DNA of 63,869 nt, the filler included, from Anaerolineae bacterium (GTDB taxonomy: Bacteria; Chloroflexota; Anaerolineae; Epilineales; Epilineaceae): NCBI GenBank assembly GCA_029262755.1. It is 7 parts of 7 records of this genome, joined end to end, with 100 filler letters (N's around TTAATTAATTAA, not from the genome) between each part and the next. Parts side by side here need not be neighbours in the genome. Positions count along the whole stretch, not along the records: positions 28,113 to 38,432 come from JAJCYU010000393.1; positions 38,533 to 53,447 come from JAJCYU010000394.1; 5 more parts are not named here. One strand, written 5' to 3'. Below the pieces are notes generated by a model. It saw nothing but the letters and a program-made list of their open reading frames with translations. It was not told where the DNA came from and made no database searches. Positions 36,620 to 47,698 of the stretch are shown here, piece after piece. The position numbers and the translations under genes are program-made. Positions within the stretch are counted from its first letter, which is position 1. The number at the start of each line of letters is the position of its first letter.

Positions 36620-38432
36620 ATGACCGAAGATCGCTCGCAACCGACCGAGCCCACCTCCCCGACCGATCCCACGCGCTTCCCGCGCGCCACGTACGCGGAC
36701 TGGCGGGCGGACGTCCAGGCCACGTTGGGCGAGCGCGACTACGCGGACGTCTGGCTGCGGCCGGACGAAGACGGGACGATGCTCGAGCCGCTCTACACCG
36801 CGGACAACGCGCAGGTCGGCCCGGTCGGATGGCCGGGCGAGTGGCCCTATGTGCGCGCCTCGACGCGCCTCGGTGCGGCCGAAGGTGGCTGGACGATCGG
36901 AGGGCCGGAGGATCTCGATCCGACGCGCGACGGCACCGCGGAAGCAGCGACCCTGGTCGACGCGCGTCCCTGGCACGGCGCCGGCGCCACGCGGCCGCAA
37001 ACGCTCGGCGCGTTGCTCGCGGGCGGCGTTGCCGCCATGCGCGACGCGATGGCCTCGGGAGCGAGCCTCGCGGAAGCCGCGGGCACGTTGCGCTTCGTCG
37101 TGCCGGTCGGTGTCGAGGTCGTGCACGACGTCGCGATGCTGCGCGCCTTGCGCGGAGCTTGGGCGCGGGTTCTCGCTGCAGCGGACGCGCCCGACGCCGC
37201 CGCCGCGCTGCACGTGACCGCCGTCGCCGCGCCGCGCATGATGACGCGCCGCGACCCCGCCACGAACCTCGTGCGCGGCACGCTGGCCGGCGTGGCAGGC
37301 GCGCTCGGCGGGGCGGATACGATCGTGCTCTGGCCCTTCGACATAGCCACGGGTGACGGTAGCGCGCTCGCGCAGCGCATGGCGCTCAACACCCAGCGGA
37401 TCCTGCTTCAGGAGTCCGCACTCAACCGCGTGATCGATCCCATGGGCGGCGCCTACGCCGTCGAGCACCTGAGCGAGCAGCTCGGCCGTGCAGGCTGGGC
37501 CGAGATGCAGCGCATCGAGGACGAGGGCGGGCTCGCCGCTTCAAGCGCGGTCGGCGGTGGTCTGCGCGCGCGGATCGACGAGGCAGCCGCGCGCCGCGAG
37601 CGCGCCGTGCGGCGGCGTAGCGCGCCGATCACGGGCGTAAGCAGCTTCGCCGACGCCTCGGAGCGGCTCGATGCGGCCTCGCTCGCCGCGCAAGGGGTCG
37701 ATGTCGGCCCGATGGCGGACCCAACGTTCGTCGCACCTGCACGCCACGATCTGCCCTTCCGCCCGGACGCCGCGCCTTGGGAACGGCTGCGCGATGCCGC
37801 GGACGCGCATGCCCACGCGACCGGCGCTCCGCCGCGCGTCTTCCTCACGCGTATCGGCGACCCCGATTCGCCCGGTGCCACGCAAGCGCGGGTCACCTGG
37901 GCCCAAAATCTCCTCGAGGCCGGCGGCTTCGTGGTAACCGTCGGGGACGCGATCGTCGGAGACGAGACGCTGCCCGCGGCGATCGCGAACGCCTTCGCGG
38001 CAAGCGGCGCGTCCGTCGCGCTCCTCGCGGCGACCGACGCGGACTACTCCGCCCACGCGCCTACCGCGGCCGCCGCGCTGCGCGACGCTGGCGCGCGCGC
38101 GGTCGCGCTCGCCGGACGTCCGGGCGCGAACGAGACCGCGTGGCACGCCGCGGGCATCGACGCCTTCGCCTACGTCGGCGCGGATGTCTGCGCTGTGCTG
38201 GAAGCGCTGCTCGCCGCGGCGGGCGTCGCTCTGCCGCAGCGGGCCGAGCGGGGTGGCGGACCGCGGAGCACGTCGCCGCATGCGAGGTCGAGCGCGCAGT
38301 CGACCGCATCGTCGAGCACGTCGCCAACCCCGTCGTCGAGCGCGCAGTCGACCGCATCGTCGAGCACGTCGCCAACCCCGTCGTCGAGCGCGCAGACGAC
38401 CGCATCGTCGAGCACGTCGCCAAGCTCGCCGT
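36620..38432 (+). CDS. mutA: Methylmalonyl-CoA mutase small (non-catalytic) subunit-like protein; stop not reached before the contig end
   Basis: FPRATYADW, LEPLYT, PGEWPYVR, RRDPATNLVRGT, NTQRILLQES...VIDPMGGAYAVE, ITGVSSF, ARVTWAQNLLEAGG; no DxHxxG motif. Confidence 0.85.
38288..38423. repeat. 48-bp tandem repeat, about 2.8 copies, at the contig end
   Basis: Unit TCGAGCGCGCAGTCGACCGCATCGTCGAGCACGTCGCCAACCCCGTCG at 38288, 38336 and 38384. Confidence 0.9.
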
Positions 38433-38532
38433 NNNNNNNNNNNNNNNNNNNNNNNNNNNNNNNNNNNNNNNNNNNNTTAATTAATTAANNNNNNNNNNNN
38501 NNNNNNNNNNNNNNNNNNNNNNNNNNNNNNNN
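38433..38532. other. Artificial contig-joining spacer
   Basis: 44 N + TTAATTAATTAA + 44 N. Confidence 0.99.
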
Positions 38533-38710
38533 TGGGCGAGGCGTCCTTGCGGTTGACCGCAACACAGGACGACTCACCGCGACCCTGTGCGGCAGGTGCT
38601 TCGGCCGGCGCGGCGGAGACGTTCGCCTCACCGAGCACAACCAACGAAATGCCAAGCACGGCAACAGCCGCGGAGGCAGCAAGCATGGAACGGAACCGGC
38701 GCATGTCCAT
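38533..38710 (-). CDS. 5' fragment of a secreted protein, probably another vWA/Ig family member
   Basis: Signal peptide then SCVAVNRKDASP, matching the C-x8/9-P start of the neighbouring vWA proteins; AAGGAG RBS. Confidence 0.55.
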
Positions 38711-38837
38711 CTCCTTGAACTCACGAGGCCATTGACCGGACGGTTGCGAAGTGGGAGCGCGGTCAGCGGTTGTCGCGACGAGAGGTAGTCTACGGCCGCA
38801 CGGAGCCCTCAGCGGACACTCATGCGACGCTGAGGCC

Positions 38838-38867
38838 AGTATAGGGCAGGCTCGGCGCGGCTGTCAA
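38838..38867 (-). promoter_or_regulatory. Putative sigma70 promoter
   Basis: TTGACA-18 bp-TATACT upstream of the gene starting at 38710. Confidence 0.65.
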
Positions 38868-39107
38868 AGCGTCTGTCGTTGGGCCGCGTCGCGTGTTTCT
38901 CCTATGATCGACACCCGATACAGGTCTGACCATACCGTTGCTCGGCGTCCGCGCGATTGGGTAGAGAGTGGCAGTGACGCTATCACCGGTCACCCCTCGC
39001 GCGTTAAGGACGTCAATAGTATCTATGTCACAGTATTCGGGGGGATCAGCGCACGACGGCGGCCCTCTTCGCGCGAACGTTCACCGTGACCCGAGGAGGT
39101 CCGGCAC

Positions 39108-40583
39108 ATGTCTATCTGCCATTTCAACCACCGAGTAGGTGTGGTGCGCAGCATTGCGGTCACGTGCATGGTGTTGGCGCTCGGCCTCAGCGGACGATTC
39201 GGGTCTCCCGCACCGGCCGCCGCAGCCCCCGGCCTGCAATCCACACGCCAATGTACCGTGGCAATGGATACCGTCGTGACGCCGGCGCGCGTTCGGCTCG
39301 GAGAAACGGTCCAAGTGCGTTTGACCTTGGTTCCGGACTGTCCCGAAGCAGAGTTTCGTTCCGCTGATATCGTGCTTGCGATCGACCAGAGCCTGTCGAT
39401 GTTGTCCAACGGCAAGCTCACGGCTGCCAAAGTCGCGGCACGGAAATTTGTCGAGAGCAATGATCTCAACCTGCAGCGCATTGCCGTGGTCGGCTTCTAT
39501 TCGCAGGCCGAGCTACAAATCGGGTTGAGCGGCGATGAGATGGCCATCTTTGACGCCATCGACCGCATTGATATCCGGTCCGGCACGGATATGTCGGCGG
39601 CCATCGATGTCGCGCAGGCGGAGATCGACGCGAACGGCCGCGCGGATGCCAAGCCGGTCATCGTGCTCATCAGCGACGGTTCACCCAACCAGCCACCACA
39701 GGATCCCGACGCGGCAGCGCTACGCAGCGCGAACGCGGCCAAGCTCTCGGGAACGGAGATCTACACGATCGGTCTCGGCAGTGGCGCTGCAGAGAATCTA
39801 CTACGACAGGTTGCCAGCGCCGCCGAAAACTATTTCTTCGCGCCCGGAAATGACGAGTTGCAGAACATTTACGAGTCGATCGCGCTAGTTGTCGGCGCGA
39901 CGGCGGTCCGCGATTTGGTCGTGCTGGACACCCTTGCCGCTGATCTCGGCTATGTGCCCGCATCTGCGGCACCGGCTCCCATCAGCGCAGGCAACCCGTT
40001 GCGCTGGGAACACGGTGTCGTGCCGGCGGCCGGATTGACGTGGGTGTTCCAAGTAGAGCCGCGGCGGGTGGGCACGTATCCGCATGCCACGCAAATCACC
40101 GCCGAATTCAAGGATGTGGACGGCAGCACGCGCACGCAGCCGTTCCCCAATCCGCCTATCACTGTTCTCGACCCCGTCAACCGAAGCTGTTCGGCACGGG
40201 AAATGTGGACGGTGCTCGTGCACAGCTTTCCCGATCCGACCGGCAAGAGCGCTCGAGGTCGCGGATGCAATCTGCGCTTCGACACGGCGGACTGGATGAC
40301 CGGCGCATCATTTCGAATACCGCGTTTGCAGTACCGGCTCACGGATGCCACGGGTGATATTCAGCTATTCGAAGGCGAGACCAGCCAAGGGCCGGGTCGG
40401 GTAGACCAATGGCTCTACATTCGCACCTGCGAGCCGCCACCCTACACGCTGTCCTTGGTCACGTCGGAATTGGACGGCTACGACCTGTGCCCCAACGGCG
40501 CTCGTGAACGCGAGATCACGATTCGCGATTTCCGGCCTCGGAATTATCGCAATACCCTTGAGTCATTCGGCTTCATTCGTTAG
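39108..40583 (+). CDS. Secreted vWA domain protein (vWA inserted in an Ig-like module, Cys-rich C-terminal domain)
   Basis: Signal peptide; MIDAS DQSLSM, GTDM, LISDG, YTIGLG; GAGGAGG RBS. Confidence 0.9.
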   Translation: MSICHFNHRVGVVRSIAVTCMVLALGLSGRFGSPAPAAAAPGLQSTRQCTVAMDTVVTPARVRLGETVQVRLTLVPDCPEAEFRSADIVLAIDQSLSMLSNGKLTAAKVAARKFVESNDLNLQRIAVVGFYSQAELQIGLSGDEMAIFDAIDRIDIRSGTDMSAAIDVAQAEIDANGRADAKPVIVLISDGSPNQPPQDPDAAALRSANAAKLSGTEIYTIGLGSGAAENLLRQVASAAENYFFAPGNDELQNIYESIALVVGATAVRDLVVLDTLAADLGYVPASAAPAPISAGNPLRWEHGVVPAAGLTWVFQVEPRRVGTYPHATQITAEFKDVDGSTRTQPFPNPPITVLDPVNRSCSAREMWTVLVHSFPDPTGKSARGRGCNLRFDTADWMTGASFRIPRLQYRLTDATGDIQLFEGETSQGPGRVDQWLYIRTCEPPPYTLSLVTSELDGYDLCPNGAREREITIRDFRPRNYRNTLESFGFIR

Positions 40584-40601
40584 GGGACGTCCAGTACGAA
40601 A

Positions 40602-42149
40602 ATGACCGAGCAAAGGGTGCCGATGCGAATGGCCATGCGTATGACGGCGCCGGGTGGCCCAGTGTGCGCCGAGCCGCGTACGTATAGGCCGTTGAACGCG
40701 CAATCACGGGACCGTGGGACCATTCGACGCAGGGCATTCGCGTTGCTCGCGGCCTCGTCGTTCGGCGCGTTCGTGATCGGACCGGCTGCGTTCGCGCAAC
40801 CGGCCGCCCGCTGCGACGTCCAAGTGGACACCGTGCTGAGTCCTGCTCGCGTGCGCCTGGGCGACGTGGTGCAGGTGCGCCATCGACTCGAGCCGAATTG
40901 CCCTGCCGCTGTCCTGCGTTCGGCCGACATCATCCTTGCATTGGATGAGAGCCAGTCGATGCGTAGCGATGGTCGTTTGGCGGCCGCGCAGGCCGCGGCG
41001 CGCGCATTCGTCGATGCATCGGATCTGACGCGTCAGCGGATCGGTGTACTCGGATTCCATGGCGATGCAACGCTTCGCGCCGGGCTCACGGACGATCCTC
41101 TCGCGCTCCACGATGCCATCGGTCAGCCGGGGGCGGGACCGGCCACCGATCTGGCCGCTGCGCTCGATGCGGCGCAATCGGAGTTGGATTCCGCGGGTCG
41201 GCCCGCAGCCCGTCCCGTCATCATTCTGATCACGGACGGCTTGCCGAACCTGCCGCTGCCGGATCCGGTGCGAGCCGCGCTCGTCGCGGCGAATTCGGCC
41301 AAACTGGCCGGGACGGATATTCACACGATCGGTCTTGGCGCCGGCGCGGCGGATGACCTGCTACGCCAAGTCGCGACTAGCGCCGCGCAGTTCTACGCGT
41401 CGCCGCGCAACGCAGAACTGGTCGATGTCTATACCGCGATCGCCGTGGTCGTGTCGGCCAGCGCGCTGCGCAGCGTCTCTTTGACCGACACGCTTAGCGC
41501 GGACGCGAGCCTCGTCGTTGCTTCGCTCGGGCCCGATGCGTTCCACGATTCCGGGGCCGGAACCATCACCTGGCACAATGCACTCTTCCCGGAGGACGGC
41601 CTCACGTGGATCTACTCGGTGCGACCGACGCGCTTAGGCACCTACCCGCTCAGCAGCGACACAAACGCACGCTACCAGGACGCCGATGGCTCCCTGCAAG
41701 ACATTGCGTTCCCGCGCCCGCCCGTGACCGTTGTCGAGCCTCCGCCCGCTTCGTGTGGCGAGCGCACGTGGACCGTCTTGGCGCATGCTTTTCCTGATGC
41801 GACTGGCAAGGGTCCCTTGACCGGCCGCTCCGGCTGCAATCTGCGCTTCGAGGGGGCGGACTGGCTGGTCGGTGGCGCGGCGCGCTTGCCGCGCTTGCGC
41901 TGGACGATGCGCAACGCAGCGGGAAGCAGGGTGGCCGAAGCGACCGGCGCCCAAGGCCCGGGCCGGGTGGACCAATGGGTAACGCTGCGAACGTGCGAGC
42001 CGCCACCGTACGTGCTGGAATTGGACACGACCGGCCTCGGGACCTGGCGGCTTTGTCCCAACAGCACAGCGGTGCGCACGATCGACCTACGGGACTTCCG
42101 ACCGCGGGCGTACCGCAGCACGCTCGAACGCTTCGGCTTTTTGCGCTAG
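40602..42149 (+). CDS. Secreted vWA domain protein, tandem paralog of 39108..40583
   Basis: MIDAS DESQSM, LITDG, HTIGLG; colinear with the upstream gene through to the FGFLR end; start uncertain. Confidence 0.9.
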   Translation: MTEQRVPMRMAMRMTAPGGPVCAEPRTYRPLNAQSRDRGTIRRRAFALLAASSFGAFVIGPAAFAQPAARCDVQVDTVLSPARVRLGDVVQVRHRLEPNCPAAVLRSADIILALDESQSMRSDGRLAAAQAAARAFVDASDLTRQRIGVLGFHGDATLRAGLTDDPLALHDAIGQPGAGPATDLAAALDAAQSELDSAGRPAARPVIILITDGLPNLPLPDPVRAALVAANSAKLAGTDIHTIGLGAGAADDLLRQVATSAAQFYASPRNAELVDVYTAIAVVVSASALRSVSLTDTLSADASLVVASLGPDAFHDSGAGTITWHNALFPEDGLTWIYSVRPTRLGTYPLSSDTNARYQDADGSLQDIAFPRPPVTVVEPPPASCGERTWTVLAHAFPDATGKGPLTGRSGCNLRFEGADWLVGGAARLPRLRWTMRNAAGSRVAEATGAQGPGRVDQWVTLRTCEPPPYVLELDTTGLGTWRLCPNSTAVRTIDLRDFRPRAYRSTLERFGFLR

Positions 42150-42224
42150 GAGCGTATCGAGCAACGTCAGGCGAGCCCTGGGGACTCGACCGGACTGGGG
42201 CCGCGCCGACCGGCAACGGCTGCG

Positions 42225-44036
<1,812 letters not shown>

Positions 44037-44389
44037 CGCCGCCGCTCCTGCCTTGCGCTGCGCGAATGCGGTCTCGCGCCGTGGGGTGAATGCCAAATCT
44101 CGATGCCGTGCGTCGATCGGGAGCGTTCGCTTCGCACCCAGGGGAACGATGATGAATCGCCATTCCTGCGCGGAGGCGCTCTGCGGTATAGGACCGCTGC
44201 CGGCACACAATGCTTCGAGCCCGACCAACTGCCACCGGGCCGGGCTCGCGCACGGGTCATGATAGCACAGTGATAGATCGCTCCGAGGCGCGCAACACGG
44301 CGCCCGCTACCCCGTACAATGGCAGCGTGCGTCCGTTGAATCTCGTACGCACAGACCCCAACCGATTCGACGGGCGAAGGAGAAAACGC

Positions 44390-44914
44390 ATGAACGAGCC
44401 AACGATGGTCGACGAAGGCAACCCGAACGTAGACGCGGCGAGCTTCGATCAGGACGCAGCCGCTAGCACCGATGCAGAGCCGGGCCGCGAGGCACCGCTA
44501 ACCAGCGAGTTGCGCCGACTCGGCGAGCGACTTGCCGGCGCGATTCGCGCTGCGGCAGGAACGCCGGAGGCTGAGGCGCTCAAGGGCGAGGTAGGCGACG
44601 GCATGCGCAAGTTGCGCGGCGAGCTCGACGGCGTACTGCGCCGCGGCCGAGGTGACAACGTGGCAGAGGAAGCAGGTGCTGCGGAATCCAGTTCGAGCGC
44701 CCCTGCCTCCGAGGGCAGTGAGGACGCCGATTCCGGCCCGACACGCGCCGCACGCGTCCAGGATACTGTTCGCAATGAGCTTGCCAGTGCGCTTCGGAGC
44801 CTGAACGGCGCATTGGACAAGCTCGCGGGAAGCCTTGCGACGCGGGCTGAAGAAGGCAATTCGGTCGCGGCGGACGATCCGGCGGACTCGGCGACGGACT
44901 CGCACCAGGCGTAG
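44390..44914 (+). CDS. Hypothetical acidic helical protein
   Basis: AAGGAG RBS before ATG 44390; amphipathic helices ELRRLGERLAGAIRAA and ELASALRSLNGALDKL. Confidence 0.7.
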   Translation: MNEPTMVDEGNPNVDAASFDQDAAASTDAEPGREAPLTSELRRLGERLAGAIRAAAGTPEAEALKGEVGDGMRKLRGELDGVLRRGRGDNVAEEAGAAESSSSAPASEGSEDADSGPTRAARVQDTVRNELASALRSLNGALDKLAGSLATRAEEGNSVAADDPADSATDSHQA

Positions 44915-45210
44915 GATCGCCCTTCGCGCGAACGCCTAGCTGTTGCGCGATCGGGCGTTCATGGCACGTTCGCGAGTCGTCCTGTGCGCATGCAACAAGC
45001 GATGAGAACCCGGACACGACGGGGCCGGGCGGCAGCCCGGTCCCGTCGCGCGTCCCATGGCCTGACTGGCAAGGGACGGAACGGCGCAAGGGCGAGCTTC
45101 AAAGGGAAATGCCCTACCGTCCTCTGCGAGGGACCGCGCAACCGCGCACACGGCGCACCGCGTCCGACCTCGCGCGGCTCCCTGATTCTTCGTGCTGACT
45201 TAAGCGCCGC

Positions 45211-46263
45211 TCAGCGCGGTCCGATACCCCGCCGCGTGGGCGCCGCCGGCTCGAAACGAAGCGCGTCGCCCTCGAATCGCCGCTCAGCCAGCCCGCGATC
45301 GACAAGCCAATCGAGCCGGGCAACCACCCAACCCATCACGAGCGCGAGGCGCTCCGCTTCGCTCGGCAATCCTGTATGCATCGCGACCTCCCACGGTGAA
45401 CGAGCGCCCGCCACCAGGGCAGCACGGGTCGCGCGCACGCCGTCGCGTGCTTCGGCGAGACTCCGCGCCAGGCGGATGCGCGGCGCACGCACCGGTGGCC
45501 CATGGCCGGGCCAGGCGATATCGACTCTGACCTTGCCGATGCGCCGCCACGATGCGATCAACGACGCAAGCGTCTCGGGCCTACGGCCGTCAGGCCGTCG
45601 TGGCTCGAGTAGCGGGGGCGACGGGAGATGGCGCAACAAGAGGTCGCCCGCGATCATCACCGCTTCGCGCTCGACTTCGCCTGTAGGCCTGTCATCACCC
45701 GCATCGACGAGACAGACGTGGTCGGCGGCGTGTCCCGGCGTGTGAAGGACCTGCCACGTTCGGCCGCCCCACAACGGGCGCTGGCCGTCGGCAAGCGCCT
45801 GCAGTGCATCCGCCGGGATGCTCGCGCCGAGTGATTCGCGCGGGGTATTCAGCTCCAACCACGTGCGCGATAGATCGGCCGGCACCCCGCCGACCTCGGC
45901 GGCACGTTCGACCAGCCGGAGTCGCTGACGCCATGTACGCGGCCAATCGACGAGATCGGAGACACCCGCCTCGTGGACCAGCACGCGGGCTCCGCTCTCC
46001 TCCTGCAATCGCGCAGCCAGCCCGCAATGATCCACGTGCCCGTGCGTGAGCACGATGCGCTCGAGGTCTGCGATGCCACAGCCGGCGGCGGCAAGCCCGT
46101 CGCGCACACTTGCATAGGCCGCATCCGTATTTGGCCCCGTGTCCACCAGCGTGAGCGGCGCCCCTCTGAGCACATAGGCGTTGACAGGCCCGACCGCCAG
46201 CGGGGTCTGAATGACGATGCGACGCAAGGACGTTGCATCGTTCGCCGCAGCTAGCGTGGTCAT
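45211..46263 (-). CDS. MBL-fold metallo-hydrolase
   Basis: LVDTG, THGHVDHCG, HTPGHA, AGD, PGHG. Confidence 0.92.
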   Translation of the reverse strand: MTTLAAANDATSLRRIVIQTPLAVGPVNAYVLRGAPLTLVDTGPNTDAAYASVRDGLAAAGCGIADLERIVLTHGHVDHCGLAARLQEESGARVLVHEAGVSDLVDWPRTWRQRLRLVERAAEVGGVPADLSRTWLELNTPRESLGASIPADALQALADGQRPLWGGRTWQVLHTPGHAADHVCLVDAGDDRPTGEVEREAVMIAGDLLLRHLPSPPLLEPRRPDGRRPETLASLIASWRRIGKVRVDIAWPGHGPPVRAPRIRLARSLAEARDGVRATRAALVAGARSPWEVAMHTGLPSEAERLALVMGWVVARLDWLVDRGLAERRFEGDALRFEPAAPTRRGIGPR

Positions 46264-46275
46264 GGGAGGTGGACG

Positions 46276-46761
46276 CTAGCCGGCGGCCGCGGACTCTTCC
46301 ACGTCTGCGCCGCGAACGAGCAGCCGCCAGGTGCCCTTCTGGGTGACCTCGTCGCGTTGGTTGACCAACTGAACGCCGAAGGTCACGATGCCCCCGCCCA
46401 TGCGCGGCGCTGGACGTACGTCTTCGGTCTCGATTCGGGCATGGATGGTGTCGCCCAACAGAACCGGCCGCCGAAACTTCCAGGAGAGGTCCAAGAATGC
46501 CATCGCGGTGCCTTCGATCCAGCCGAGGCGCCACGTCAATCCCGATGCGAAGGAGAGACCAAGCAAACCATGCGCGATACGCTCGCCATATTGCGTTTGG
46601 CGCGCAAACTCGGCGTCGGTATGGAGCGGATTGTAATCGCCGCTCAAGCCGGCGAACTGCATCACATCGGCTTCGGAGACGGTTCGTGCGGGACTCCGCA
46701 CGATCTCGCCCACGGTGAATTCTTCGTAGGTGCGACCCATAGCCGATTGGTTGCTCATCAC
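46276..46761 (-). CDS. MaoC-family dehydratase
   Basis: RTVSEAD...FAGLSGDYNPLHTD, RIAHG, FRRPVLLGDTI. Confidence 0.92.
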   Translation of the reverse strand: MMSNQSAMGRTYEEFTVGEIVRSPARTVSEADVMQFAGLSGDYNPLHTDAEFARQTQYGERIAHGLLGLSFASGLTWRLGWIEGTAMAFLDLSWKFRRPVLLGDTIHARIETEDVRPAPRMGGGIVTFGVQLVNQRDEVTQKGTWRLLVRGADVEESAAAG

Positions 46762-46951
46762 GGTGGCCCCTTTTGGCGGTGGCGAGCACGCGCCTCGGCC
46801 CGCCGCGTCGGCGATTGTAACGTGCGCCCGCGATGCACGAAAATCCGCCGGCGCTGCACATTCCCCCTACAATGGCGGTTCGCTAGCCACCGGGCGGTCT
46901 CTCTTCGTGCGCCGTGACGGGCTATGCCCGTCGGCCCAGGATTCTGCGCCA

Positions 46952-47698
46952 ATGATTCAACGAGGAGCACGTCGCGCTGCCGGCCCTTTGGATCGGTGTG
47001 GCGCGAAGTCTTCACAAGATGTGTCGGTACTCGCGGTGTACATGCTCACGGTGTCTATGTTGGGCGCCCCGCTTGTGCTCGCCGGCTGCGCGCGCGACGA
47101 ATCGCCCGAGGTTGCTGCGCCGACACCGCGCGCAGCCTTGGCCTCCGTGGCGAATGTATCCGCCGAGTTGCCGCGTAGGCGCGCTGATGCCGGCGAAGGC
47201 GCACGGCATTGGGAACGTCACTGCGCGCATTGTCATGGAGCGACCGGGGCCGGAAATGGTCCGCTCGCCGCTACCCTCGATCCGCGCCCGCCCAACTTCG
47301 AGGATGCCGCGTACATGGCCGGTCAACGACCGTCGTGGTTTCACCGTGCCACGCAACGCGGTGTGATTGGATCTTCCATGAAGCGCTTTGACGCGACCCT
47401 CGACGAACAGGCGCTATGGGATGTGGCGTTCTTCGCGTGGTCGCGACCAACATCGGCCGGTCTGGAGTCCTCCACCCGCCCCGTGTTCGAAGCGCGGTGT
47501 GCATCGTGTCATGGTTCCGATGGGCGCGGTGTGACGGACGCCCCGTTGGACGATCCTCGGCTGGCGAATCGATCCCGCGCCGAACTGCGCACCGTGCTCG
47601 ACGCGATCCATCCCGATGCGCTGCGCGATCTTGACGATGCCGGTCGGAACGATCTCGTGGACCTCGTGTTCACGTACTTGTACGAACCCGCACCGTGA
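46952..47698 (+). CDS. Diheme c-type cytochrome, probable lipoprotein
   Basis: Two CXXCH motifs (CAHCH, CASCH), GNGPLAATLDPRPPNF, axial Met candidate GSSM, lipobox LAGC; start uncertain (46952 or 47042). Confidence 0.85.
   Translation: MIQRGARRAAGPLDRCGAKSSQDVSVLAVYMLTVSMLGAPLVLAGCARDESPEVAAPTPRAALASVANVSAELPRRRADAGEGARHWERHCAHCHGATGAGNGPLAATLDPRPPNFEDAAYMAGQRPSWFHRATQRGVIGSSMKRFDATLDEQALWDVAFFAWSRPTSAGLESSTRPVFEARCASCHGSDGRGVTDAPLDDPRLANRSRAELRTVLDAIHPDALRDLDDAGRNDLVDLVFTYLYEPAP

Noticed and set aside
38288..38423. CRISPR array, or a separate minus-strand repeat protein (LDDAVDCALDDGVGDV)
   Set aside because: Spacerless tandem repeat inside the mutA-like frame; the opposite-strand ORF has no independent support
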